From positions 63,534 to 87,533 of the forward strand of contig JBNLBY010000002.1 of assembly GCA_050303535.1 (NCBI GenBank): a DNA stretch of 24,000 nucleotides. The letters run 5' to 3'. The first letter of the stretch is position 1, and every line of letters begins with the position of its first letter. Below, piece by piece: positions 1-7,669 of this stretch. The DNA is from Sideroxydans sp. (GTDB lineage Bacteria > Pseudomonadota > Gammaproteobacteria > Burkholderiales > Gallionellaceae). The translations under genes were made by a program, and so were the position numbers. Below the pieces are notes generated by a model. It saw nothing but the letters and a program-made list of their open reading frames with translations. It searched no databases and was not told where the DNA came from.

Positions 1-488
1 ACGGACAACGCGAGCAGCATAAGGGACGCATGGCTTCGGTCGCCTATCACTTCTTCAACCAGTATCGTGCCGACGGATTCGTGAAACTGTTCGAAGGCTG
101 CGACGGTTATGCCAACGGCGGTCAGTTGCGCGATTTCGTTTCGGTGGAAGACGTGGCTAAAATCAATATGTATTTTCTCGATAACCCTGACAAGTCAGGC
201 ATCTTCAACCTGGGTACGGGCAAGGCACAAAGCTTCAACGATGTGGCAGCGGCAACCATCAACGCATTGCGTGCAGCCAAAGGTGAGGGATTACTGACGC
301 TGGAACAAATGCAGCAGCAACAACTCATTCGCTACATCCCATTTCCGGAGGCATTGCGCGGCAAATACCAGAGCTACACCCAGGCCGACATCGCAGCCCT
401 GCGCGAGGCCGGATATGCCGAACCGCTGCTGAGCGTGGAACAGGGTACGACGCGTTACATTAATTACATGCTGGAGAAGTCTAAATAG
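1..488 (+). CDS. hldD: ADP-L-glycero-D-manno-heptose 6-epimerase, C-terminal part (5' end is off the left edge)
   Basis: The frame is open from base 3. [20 protein letters not shown]...[15 protein letters not shown]...[28 protein letters not shown] matches by eye the C-terminal third of E. coli HldD/RfaD (GPREGHKGSMASVAFH...FNLGTGRAESF...[20 protein letters not shown]). Stop TAG at 486-488. Confidence 0.9.
   Translation, partial: GQREQHKGRMASVAYHFFNQYRADGFVKLFEGCDGYANGGQLRDFVSVEDVAKINMYFLDNPDKSGIFNLGTGKAQSFNDVAAATINALRAAKGEGLLTLEQMQQQQLIRYIPFPEALRGKYQSYTQADIAALREAGYAEPLLSVEQGTTRYINYMLEKSK
396..485 (+). repeat. Direct repeat copy 1: the functional last 90 nt of hldD
   Basis: gccctgcgcgaggccggatatgccgaacc...ctggagaagtctaaa recurs at 1296-1385, exactly 900 bp downstream, with 84/90 identities by manual alignment. 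Confidence 0.9.
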
Positions 489-544
489 GGGAGAGGGTAT
501 GTAGTTCGCGGCACAAGCCGTATGGCCTGAATAGAGGATTAGTG

Positions 545-1246
545 ATGAAAGGATTGTTGCTGTTAATATTTGTACTGTCTGTATTTTCAATTTCTGCGTA
601 TGCGGAAGATGTGCCATTTTCGGCATCCCAAACAACCAATGTTCCAAAAATCAAAAAATGGTATTTTGGGGGTGCGTTAGGTCTTGCGGACATGGGCGGC
701 TGGGATGCCAAGCCTAATCGTGATTACTATAATTCTTTAGGGTATTACCACACTGGTGGATCGTCTTGGCTTTTTATGGCGGAGGTAAAATTCTACGGGG
801 GTTACCGCATGCGCGATTATATGGATGTTGAGATGGGGTTTGCGCATAGCGAAACACAGAATTCAGACACGTTTGAGAATGGAACTAACATTGTTTGGTC
901 GAGACGTAAAACTCAGGCTCAAGCTTTGCACTTGGCAGCATTGTTTAGGCCACCTTATGACGGATATGGGCACGGCCTGTTTCTTAAACTTGGTGGACAT
1001 GTTTCACAGTTGCAAGTGAATAGAAGTGTAACAGGTAATCCGTCTAACCTGAATGCGATTGCTGCAGGTGATCACATACCGGAAGATGGTTCATCCACTG
1101 GGTTTGGTCCTCTGTTTGGTTTTGGATTTGATTTCAGGACAGGGAAGGTTGGCGCTATTCGTTTGGCGATTGACCACTACTATAGGTTAGGTGGTACTTC
1201 GCACCAGAAAGATTCAGTTAACCTTGGATACCATGGAAGTTTTTAG
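545..1246 (+). CDS. Outer-membrane beta-barrel protein (OmpA-N/OmpW-like small porin fold), secreted
   Basis: ORF 542-1246. ATG at 545 lies 6 nt after AGAGGA. Signal peptide MKGLLLLIFVLSVFSISAYA/ED. Alternating aromatic/Gly-rich strands (FGFGFDFRTG, AIRLAIDHYYRLGG) and a C-terminal ...GYHGSF ending in Phe, typical of OMP barrels. Confidence 0.7.
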   Translation: MKGLLLLIFVLSVFSISAYAEDVPFSASQTTNVPKIKKWYFGGALGLADMGGWDAKPNRDYYNSLGYYHTGGSSWLFMAEVKFYGGYRMRDYMDVEMGFAHSETQNSDTFENGTNIVWSRRKTQAQALHLAALFRPPYDGYGHGLFLKLGGHVSQLQVNRSVTGNPSNLNAIAAGDHIPEDGSSTGFGPLFGFGFDFRTGKVGAIRLAIDHYYRLGGTSHQKDSVNLGYHGSF

Positions 1247-1295
1247 TTGAGTATTTCAGAGCAAGTGCAGAAGTTACACCTAAACAGACTTTGAC

Positions 1296-1385
1296 GCCCT
1301 GCGCGAGGCCGGATATGCCGAACCGTTGCTGAGTGTGGAACAGGGCACGACGCATCACATCAATTACATGCTGGAGAAGTCTAAA
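1296..1385 (+). pseudogene. Direct repeat copy 2: orphan duplicate of the hldD 3' end (gene fragment)
   Basis: 93% identical to 396-485. It encodes ...[19 protein letters not shown], but the stop position reads CAG instead of TAG, and no upstream hldD body is attached. Confidence 0.85.
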
Positions 1386-1482
1386 CAGGAGGATTGCAGT
1401 TATCACAAGCTGAAGCAGTCAATTCAGGAGGATATTTCTGTCCGCGACTTCCGTCGCTTAATCTTATGGAAAGGAAATTCTG

Positions 1483-1743
1483 ATGAAGAAATTGTTACTC
1501 TCCCTGTTTTTATCGCTGGCATTCTCCGGTATGGCTTTTGCAGCCGTGAACCTGAACACGGCAACCAAGGCCGAGTTGGAAGCGGTCAAGGGTATCGGCC
1601 CGGCCAAAGCGGAATCCATTATCAATTATCGCAAGCAGAATGGGCCGTTCAAGAAAGTGGACGACCTGAAATCGATCAAGGGTTTCGGGGAAAAATCGGT
1701 GGACAAGATTCGCGGCGAGGTAAGCGTAAGTGCTGCTGACTGA
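1483..1743 (+). CDS. comEA: ComEA-like periplasmic helix-hairpin-helix DNA-binding protein
   Basis: Signal peptide MKKLLLSLFLSLAFSGMAFA, then VNLNTATKAELEAVKGIGPAKAESIINYRKQNGPFKKVDDLKSIKGFGEKSVDKI, the classic tandem HhH motif of ComEA/ComE1 C-terminal domains. Confidence 0.85.
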   Translation: MKKLLLSLFLSLAFSGMAFAAVNLNTATKAELEAVKGIGPAKAESIINYRKQNGPFKKVDDLKSIKGFGEKSVDKIRGEVSVSAAD

Positions 1744-1790
1744 CTGGCAGACATGATGAATCATTAACGATTCATCTGTCTTGTCCTGAT

Positions 1791-1831
1791 AAAACCCGTC
1801 CGGCTTTTCACCGGACGGGTTTTTCGTTTTT
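1791..1831. terminator. Bidirectional rho-independent terminator between convergent genes
   Basis: aaaa-cccgtccgg (1795-1803), loop cttttca, ccggacggg (1811-1819), then tttttcgttttt. The A-tract upstream and T-tract downstream let it serve both strands. Confidence 0.8.
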
Positions 1832-1841
1832 CAACGACCTG

Positions 1842-2636
1842 CTAGAAAGAAAACTCCAACCCGGTGCTGTAGACCATATCCCTTTTGCGTACGGTCTGCG
1901 GCGGCTTGGAGTCGAATGAGATATCCAGGCTGATTTTCAGGTCGAGGTTGTCGTCGAGCTTCACCAGCATCGAGGCTTGTTCCAGGATGCGGTAATCGGA
2001 TGTGTCACCGAAGGCGGGCTGGTAGTAGGTGGTGTTGTAGACGCGAACCTGTTCGTTGATTTGCTGCTTCAGTATCAGATAGGAGTTGTATCTCCACAGG
2101 CTGACATGTGTCTGGTCAGTGGTTCCCAGTTTGTCTGTGAGGGTCTCCTTCTCGTGGAATGCGCCGAGGCCGAGATAGCCTGCCGTGACGTTGTTTTCTT
2201 CGAACATGATCCAGCGCGCCCCGCCGCCCAGCAAAGTGCGCCGCGTGAGCCGCGCAAACGGGTTTCTGCCAATCTGTGCGAAAGCCTCTGCGCCCCAGTT
2301 TGAAGTGATAGCAGTGCGATGGCGTAAGTGAGCGAATGCACTGTCCGTATCGATCTGGCCTCGGCTTTTGCCATAGGCATATTGCAGTTGCAGGAACTCT
2401 GTATGTTCTTCGTGTTGCCAGAGGTTGAGGGAATCTATTCTGGTCGAACTTTTTTCAGTGTTGCCGCTTGCCCCGTTGATGAGCAGGTCCAGCGTGGCAT
2501 GCATGCCTTCGGCGGGCTGACCGATGATCGCCTGCTCCACATTTACGATGGCATAAGCGGGTAAGTGGACGAAGAATCCACCCGCCATGAATAACGATGC
2601 CGGGAGTTTTATCAGAAAGGTAGTTATTTTATGCAT
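1842..2636 (-). CDS. DUF481-family outer-membrane protein (YdiY-like)
   Basis: ORF 1842-2738. The likely start is the ATG at 2636 (MHKITTFLIKLPASLFMAGGFFVHLPAYA/IV signal peptide). NGASGNTEKSS, repeated beta-strand pattern and C-terminal ...YSTGLEFSF are as I recall for DUF481 proteins. The start is uncertain (2648 or 2738 are also possible). Confidence 0.65.
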   Translation of the reverse strand: MHKITTFLIKLPASLFMAGGFFVHLPAYAIVNVEQAIIGQPAEGMHATLDLLINGASGNTEKSSTRIDSLNLWQHEEHTEFLQLQYAYGKSRGQIDTDSAFAHLRHRTAITSNWGAEAFAQIGRNPFARLTRRTLLGGGARWIMFEENNVTAGYLGLGAFHEKETLTDKLGTTDQTHVSLWRYNSYLILKQQINEQVRVYNTTYYQPAFGDTSDYRILEQASMLVKLDDNLDLKISLDISFDSKPPQTVRKRDMVYSTGLEFSF

Positions 2637-3102
2637 GGTTTCTCGCATGACAACATGGTTGTGGGGCATAAGGCAGACTGCTGAATCCGGAGACCGGGAG
2701 ATTACCGGGGTATTTATATGCCAGTTGTAATATGCCATGCTGACGATAATGATCTGCGGCCAGAATTCGTTCCATATAGATTCGAAAAAATAGACGGGTA
2801 CAAACCTGCAAGCCTGATTATAGACGCTTACAGGCGGTTATTCGCCCACACGTTACATCACAAGATAATAATCTTTCTGTGGAGGCGGATTTTCAATTCT
2901 TAATCTGGCTGCATGTGTGATGAGGGCCGGACACCAGATACAAGGAAAGATTTGACATGGCAAAATATAACCAGACAGAGCATGATCGAAACCTCGGAAT
3001 ACGCTGGTCGAAATAACGCGCAGCTATTTTAATGGCAGGCTGATTACGACATATGGTCATTGCACAAACCAGAACCAAAATATCCACTTAAGGGAGAACT
3101 TG

Positions 3103-3390
3103 ATGCTTGTGACATTCACCACCAAAGCCTATGCCGATATCACCATGTTTGGCGATGTGGCCGTTGCCCTGTTGAAAATGGCGGGACACAGCGGAACCGT
3201 ACCGAGTGCCATTCTGGCAGAAGATGTGCCGGCAGCGCTGGAGCGGTTGACAGCTGCGATCGATGCGGGAAAAGGCGCCCAGGCAACCGGGGATCAGAAT
3301 GATGCAGTCAGCATGGCGCATCGGGCATTGCCCCTGATTGATCTGTTCAAGGCTGCAGCAAGGGAAAAGTGCGACGTGATGTGGAAATAA
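3103..3390 (+). CDS. DUF1840-family small protein
   Basis: AAGGGAG RBS 6 nt before ATG 3103. MLVTFTTKAYADITMFGDVAVALLKMAGHSGTVPSAILAEDVPAALERLTAAI matches my memory of the DUF1840 N-terminal pattern (hydrophobic-TF-xS-xA-x-I-MFGDVA...GxVPGAxxAEDVPAAL). Confidence 0.6.
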   Translation: MLVTFTTKAYADITMFGDVAVALLKMAGHSGTVPSAILAEDVPAALERLTAAIDAGKGAQATGDQNDAVSMAHRALPLIDLFKAAAREKCDVMWK

Positions 3391-3421
3391 TTCCTGAGTA
3401 AATGCGTCTGTCCTGTCCGGC

Positions 3422-3748
3422 TCAAGCCTGCCACACGCCAAACCCGGCTTTGCGCAGATCGATTCCGATTTCCACCTCCCTGTCGCAGGCCTCGTCATAG
3501 GACATCGGATTGAACGCCTCATACAGATCCGGCAACAAGCGCAATCCGTATTCCCTGACATAGCGGTTGGACTGTATGCCTGCCTTGTGTTTATCGAAAC
3601 GCACATCGGGATCCATTCCCGTCATGCCGACGTAAACGCATGGTTTGCCGGGAATATAGCCGGGGTTGCAGCGCTTGAAGCGTCCCTCATACAGAACGTC
3701 TTTCGACAGTTCGATCACATAAACGTGGTAGTGGTTGCGGCGTCCCAT
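3422..3748 (-). CDS. Small uncharacterised protein, possibly GIY-YIG (URI) superfamily-like
   Basis: 108 aa. HVYVIEL ... CVYVGMTG ... RFDKHKAG ... EVEIGIDLRKAGFGVW resembles the GIY...YIG...R..H..G...E pattern, but the GIY to YIG spacer is about 27 aa, much longer than canonical. The family call is tentative. Confidence 0.35.
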   Translation of the reverse strand: MGRRNHYHVYVIELSKDVLYEGRFKRCNPGYIPGKPCVYVGMTGMDPDVRFDKHKAGIQSNRYVREYGLRLLPDLYEAFNPMSYDEACDREVEIGIDLRKAGFGVWQA

Positions 3749-3939
3749 GCCTGTTCCGGTGAAAAGAGTCGAGTACAGATTGTAAATCGAATTGCCAGCA
3801 CCCGAATGACCGGAAAATCATGGCCGGCTTGGCAATAAGCGGTCGACTCCTGTACATTGGCGTTCGCGCGCAATCCGAGCTTGTGGAAGAGCCGATTGCG
3901 CGGGATGACAGTCTTCTTACTTGAACAAGGCTTACACCT

Positions 3940-4365
3940 ATGACCTGGCAACTATACGATACGGAAATTCTCGGTAACCAATCGCAGGTTTTGCTCGACG
4001 ACAATTTTGTGGGGGATATCCCGGGCGATGAACTGCCCAACCTTGCCTGGATAGGCATATGGTGCCAGCAGAGCCCCGAAGGCCACTACTGGCATCCCGA
4101 GGAATCGGAAATGCTGGACCGGATCGAAAACGACCTGCTGGAACTCGTTTCACAATTCGCCCACGGCTGGGCGGTCTACACGCGACGTCTTGCAACGGTC
4201 GGACTGCGCGAATATTTCTTCTACTTCGGCGGCGATGCCGAACTGGAAAAAGTGGCGCCTGCATTGAAAGCGAAATACCCCGAGTATCGCATCGAGTCGG
4301 AAGCAAAACCCGATCCCAAGTGGGAGCTCTACCTGTCCTGGGTCAAGACCGCACCGCACGGATGA
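3940..4365 (+). CDS. DUF695-family protein
   Basis: 141 aa. W-x-Y..., PNLAWIGIWCQ, EESEMLDRIENDLLELV, RRLATVGLREYFFYFGGD fit the DUF695 pattern as I recall it (PxLxWVxV, E...L..IED.L, G.REFYFY). Confidence 0.5.
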   Translation: MTWQLYDTEILGNQSQVLLDDNFVGDIPGDELPNLAWIGIWCQQSPEGHYWHPEESEMLDRIENDLLELVSQFAHGWAVYTRRLATVGLREYFFYFGGDAELEKVAPALKAKYPEYRIESEAKPDPKWELYLSWVKTAPHG

Positions 4366-4382
4366 TCAACCGGGGCGCCAAG

Positions 4383-4581
4383 CAGGCTATTGAAAAATGT
4401 TGCGAGCGATGACAGAACAAGGCGCGCAATGGCGAGGTGGGTTAGGCAGGGATGGGCGGCTGATGTTGCTGCCCAACTCGCAAAAAGCGGAGTTTACAAG
4501 TAGTTTATCGCTTCGCGACCCCGCATTTTGAGCTATTAAGCAACGCAGTTATGTCGAGCGCAGTAGTTTTTCAACAGCCTG
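4383..4581. repeat. ~200-bp intergenic element bounded by 15-nt inverted repeats
   Basis: caggctattgaaaaa (4383-4397) against tttttcaacagcctg (4567-4581), 14/15 complementary. It lies in the 317-bp DUF695-cysK spacer. Confidence 0.55.
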
Positions 4582-4682
4582 TTAGTGATTCCGGTTCTAT
4601 ATATATAACAATTGAGCAGTTCAACAAGTGCCGGCATTTGGTTAGACTCGCAGCTTCGTAAATTCATTTCAGGTAGGAAGTC

Positions 4683-5657
4683 ATGGCAAACCCATTTGCA
4701 GATAATTCACTGTCCATCGGCAATACGCCGCTCGTGAAATTGAACCGCATCGCCGACGGTGCAAAGGCGACCATTCTCGCCAAGATCGAAGGCCGTAATC
4801 CGGCCTATTCGGTGAAAGACCGCATTGGCGTAGCCATGATAGACGACGCCGAGAAGAACGGTCTGCTCGGGCCGGGCAAGGAGATCGTCGAGCCCACCAG
4901 CGGCAATACCGGCATCGCACTCGCATTTGTGGCGGCGGCGCGCGGCATTCCGCTCACACTGACCATGCCTGAAACCATGAGCATAGAGCGGCGCAAGCTG
5001 CTGGTTGCCTACGGTGCGAAACTGGTACTGACCGAGGGCGCGAAAGGCATGAGCGGAGCGATTGCCAAAGCAAAAGAAATCGCGGATTCCGATCCCAAAT
5101 ACGTATTGCTGCAACAATTCGAGAACCCGGCCAACCCGGCCATCCATGAAGCGACCACGGGTCCGGAAATATGGAACGACACGGAAGGCAAGGTCGACAT
5201 CTTCGTATCCGGCGTGGGCACAGGCGGCACCATCACCGGCGTGTCGCGCTACATCAAGAAGACCAAAGGCAAGGCGATCAGGTCGGTCGCGGTGGAACCT
5301 TCTGCCAGTCCCATCCTGACACAGAAGCGCGCAGGGCAGGAACTCAAACCCGCGCCGCACAAGATACAAGGTATAGGCGCAGGTTTTGTGCCCGGTGTGC
5401 TGGACATGTCGCTGGTGAATGACATCGAACTGGTGAGCAACGAAGGCGCAGTGCAATACGCTCGCCGCCTGGCGCTCGAAGAAGGCATCCTTTCCGGCAT
5501 CTCCAGCGGAGCGGCTGTGGCCGTGGCAGTGCGTCTGGCGCAGCAGGAAGAGAACGCAGGCAAGACCATCGTCGTCGTGCTGCCTGACTCGGGCGAACGC
5601 TATCTCAGCTCGATCCTGTTTGAAGGACTGTTCGATGCGGCGGGTATCGCGATCTGA
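4683..5657 (+). CDS. cysK: Cysteine synthase A (O-acetylserine sulfhydrylase A)
   Basis: 324 aa. [14 protein letters not shown]-lysine motif [32 protein letters not shown], and length and C-terminus typical of CysK. Confidence 0.93.
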   Translation: MANPFADNSLSIGNTPLVKLNRIADGAKATILAKIEGRNPAYSVKDRIGVAMIDDAEKNGLLGPGKEIVEPTSGNTGIALAFVAAARGIPLTLTMPETMSIERRKLLVAYGAKLVLTEGAKGMSGAIAKAKEIADSDPKYVLLQQFENPANPAIHEATTGPEIWNDTEGKVDIFVSGVGTGGTITGVSRYIKKTKGKAIRSVAVEPSASPILTQKRAGQELKPAPHKIQGIGAGFVPGVLDMSLVNDIELVSNEGAVQYARRLALEEGILSGISSGAAVAVAVRLAQQEENAGKTIVVVLPDSGERYLSSILFEGLFDAAGIAI

Positions 5658-5681
5658 CGCGGATTTAGCAGTGCAAAAGAT

Positions 5682-5717
5682 AACGCCAGCATTTATCATG
5701 CTGGCGTTGTCTTTTTT
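5682..5717 (+). terminator. Rho-independent terminator after cysK
   Basis: aacgccagcat (5682-5692), loop ttatc, atgctggcgtt (5698-5708), then gtctttttt. Confidence 0.8.
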
Positions 5718-5729
5718 GCAGGACTGAGC

Positions 5730-6617
5730 ATGTACAAAACCCTCGACGACCATGTCGGAAATACGCCGCTGGTCAGACTCAAACGCATTCCGGGCGATAC
5801 TTCCAATGTCATTCTGGCAAAACTGGAGGGGAACAATCCGGCTGGCTCAGTGAAGGACAGGCCGGCGTTGTCCATGATCCGTCGTGCAGAAGCGCGCGGT
5901 GACATCAAACCCGGCGACACATTGATCGAGGCGACCAGTGGCAACACGGGTATCGCGCTGGCGATGGCGGCCGCAATGCGCGGCTATAAAATGATCCTGG
6001 TAATGCCCGAGAATCAGACCATGGAGCGCCGCCAGACCATGCGGGCGTTCGGTGCAGAGCTGGTGCTCACGCCGAAGGCGGGCAGCATGGAACTGGCGCG
6101 CGATACAGCGGAGAAAATGCGCGATGCGGGCAAGGGCATCATCCTTGACCAGTTCGCCAATCCTGATAACCCGCTGGCCCATTACGAAGGCACCGCGCCG
6201 GAGATCTGGCGCGATACCCAGGGCAGAATCACGCATTTCGTGAGCAGCATGGGCACCACCGGCACCATCATGGGATGCTCGCGTTACTTCAAGGAAATGA
6301 ATCCCGATATCCAGATTATCGGCGCGCAGCCGGAAGAGGGTGCGCAGATTCCGGGTATCCGCAAATGGCCGGCGGAATATCTGCCGAAAATATACAACCC
6401 GAAGAATGTGGACTTGCTGGTGAATGTCGGGCAGAAGAGTGCCGAGGAAATGACGCGCCGGCTGGCGAGTGAGGAAGGCATTTTCTGTGGCATTTCCTCC
6501 GGTGGTGCTTTGAGTGTGGCGCTGCATATCTCGCAGCAGGTGCAGAATGCGACCATCGTATTCGTCGTCTGCGACCGCGGCGACCGTTATCTTTCCACCG
6601 GGGTGTTCCCCGCCTGA
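5730..6617 (+). CDS. cysM: Cysteine synthase B (O-acetylserine/thiosulfate sulfhydrylase)
   Basis: 295 aa. [50 protein letters not shown], and the short C-terminus typical of CysM. Confidence 0.9.
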   Translation: MYKTLDDHVGNTPLVRLKRIPGDTSNVILAKLEGNNPAGSVKDRPALSMIRRAEARGDIKPGDTLIEATSGNTGIALAMAAAMRGYKMILVMPENQTMERRQTMRAFGAELVLTPKAGSMELARDTAEKMRDAGKGIILDQFANPDNPLAHYEGTAPEIWRDTQGRITHFVSSMGTTGTIMGCSRYFKEMNPDIQIIGAQPEEGAQIPGIRKWPAEYLPKIYNPKNVDLLVNVGQKSAEEMTRRLASEEGIFCGISSGGALSVALHISQQVQNATIVFVVCDRGDRYLSTGVFPA

Positions 6618-6761
6618 CAGGAATAATGCCATCTGGCTTCCTGATTGGCCGGCCCTGGGTACAGTGATGGGCCATATACCGGTTTTTTCATAAAATCCTT
6701 CCCAATTTGCTGAATTACACACTACTATCTCGAGTATTCAAGTGTGAAATAGGCATAAAAG

Positions 6762-7172
6762 ATGAGGCCGATCGCCATCAACTGGGCAATATGCTTTATG
6801 AACCAATGTGTTGCGTTATTGCTGTTCGGTTATTTGCTGGCGGGCTGTGCGGCAAGCGGTGATCCGTCTTCAGAATCCCCGGGGCCGGATGATACAGGCG
6901 CAGCCATGACGCAAGCGGCACATGCCATCATCTATTTCCAGGATCCGGTTTCAGAGACAACGGCAAATAACACATCCCTGTCCGCTGCCATTTCCGATGC
7001 GTGCCGTTGTTCGCCGGTATTTCTTCGAACCATCGGTACTCATGGACTGATCTACTCGATTACATTGCCGCAGGGGCAGGATTTCAGCGTTTTTGAAAAT
7101 ACATTGATGCGGAATGCGCCGCGGCTTGGCATTGAGACAGTGGAACAGGACGGCATGAAACAGGGCGACTAG
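6762..7172 (+). CDS. Hypothetical lipoprotein with a possible propeptide-like (alpha/beta) domain
   Basis: Lipobox LLAGC (alternative start MNQCVALLLFGYLLAGC at 6798). The mature part IIYFQDP...VFLRTIGTHGLIYSITLPQGQDF...LGIETVEQD shares its spacing pattern with the ORF at 9462-9830. Confidence 0.55.
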   Translation: MRPIAINWAICFMNQCVALLLFGYLLAGCAASGDPSSESPGPDDTGAAMTQAAHAIIYFQDPVSETTANNTSLSAAISDACRCSPVFLRTIGTHGLIYSITLPQGQDFSVFENTLMRNAPRLGIETVEQDGMKQGD

Positions 7173-7286
7173 CAGAGCGCCACGATCATGCATGGCTTTC
7201 AATTATCAATATTTATGAATATGGCAGTTTTCCGGAACGAAGTACATATCAGGGATTTTATTAATTAAAACAAAGGGGAAAATTTC

Positions 7287-7652
7287 ATGGAACGAAGTAT
7301 TTTCTGCACCATTTTGATTGCACTCTCGATGCTGATTCTTTCCGCCTGTGGCGGTGGCGGTGGCGGTGGCGGTGGCGGCGGCGGAGACTCTCCAACACCT
7401 ACCTCGCACTCGGTCGATCTGTCCTGGACGGCCAACCGGGAAGTGGAGGTCAACAAGGCGGGCGGAGGCTACAAAGTGGCGATCAGTGGACAGTCTGTCA
7501 TTGATGTGCCTTACGTTTCTGGTCCAACAGCACCGACCACGACTACGACCACTTTGATGTCGGGCAGTTATTCGGTGACAGTAACGGCCTATTCCGCGTT
7601 GAATCCGACCGGAACCCCTTCAGCCGCATATTCCTTCTCTGTACCTTATTAA
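7287..7652 (+). CDS. Lipoprotein with a 12-Gly tether and an FN3/Ig-like beta-sandwich domain
   Basis: AAAGGGGA RBS. Signal peptide plus lipobox ILSAC, then G12, then VDLSWTAN...YKVAISG...SGSYSVTVTAYS..., the W/Y-x-V-x-V pattern of FN3-like domains. Also contains a T6 run. Confidence 0.65.
   Translation: MERSIFCTILIALSMLILSACGGGGGGGGGGGGDSPTPTSHSVDLSWTANREVEVNKAGGGYKVAISGQSVIDVPYVSGPTAPTTTTTTLMSGSYSVTVTAYSALNPTGTPSAAYSFSVPY
7350..7385 (+). repeat. GGC/GGT hexanucleotide microsatellite encoding Gly12
   Basis: (ggcggt)x4 followed by ggcggcggcgga, in frame, immediately after the lipobox Cys codon at 7347-7349. Confidence 0.9.
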
Positions 7653-7669
7653 AATCGGGAGCAAACAAC

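Noticed and set aside
1326-1739. A 137-aa ORF beginning [21 protein letters not shown]...
   Set aside because: Its N-terminus is the orphan copy of the hldD 3' end reading past a lost stop codon. The remainder overlaps comEA out of frame and is Arg/Gly-rich with no recognisable motifs.
3088-3606. A 172-aa reverse-strand ORF spanning the DUF1840 gene and the 3' end of the GIY-YIG-like gene.
   Set aside because: It overlaps two better-supported genes, has a Cys/Arg-rich low-complexity translation, and has no RBS.
4707-6722. Long reverse-strand ORFs (348 aa at 4707-5753 and 291 aa at 5847-6722) opposite cysK and cysM.
   Set aside because: They lie antisense to genes with unmistakable PLP-enzyme motifs. 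Their translations are Arg/Ala/Gly-rich and low-complexity with no recognisable motifs, which is typical of shadow ORFs in GC-rich coding DNA.
7206-7456. Reverse-strand ORFs encoding (AT)n and a P12 run.
   Set aside because: They are mirror translations of the GGC/GGT microsatellite inside the well-supported lipoprotein gene on the + strand.
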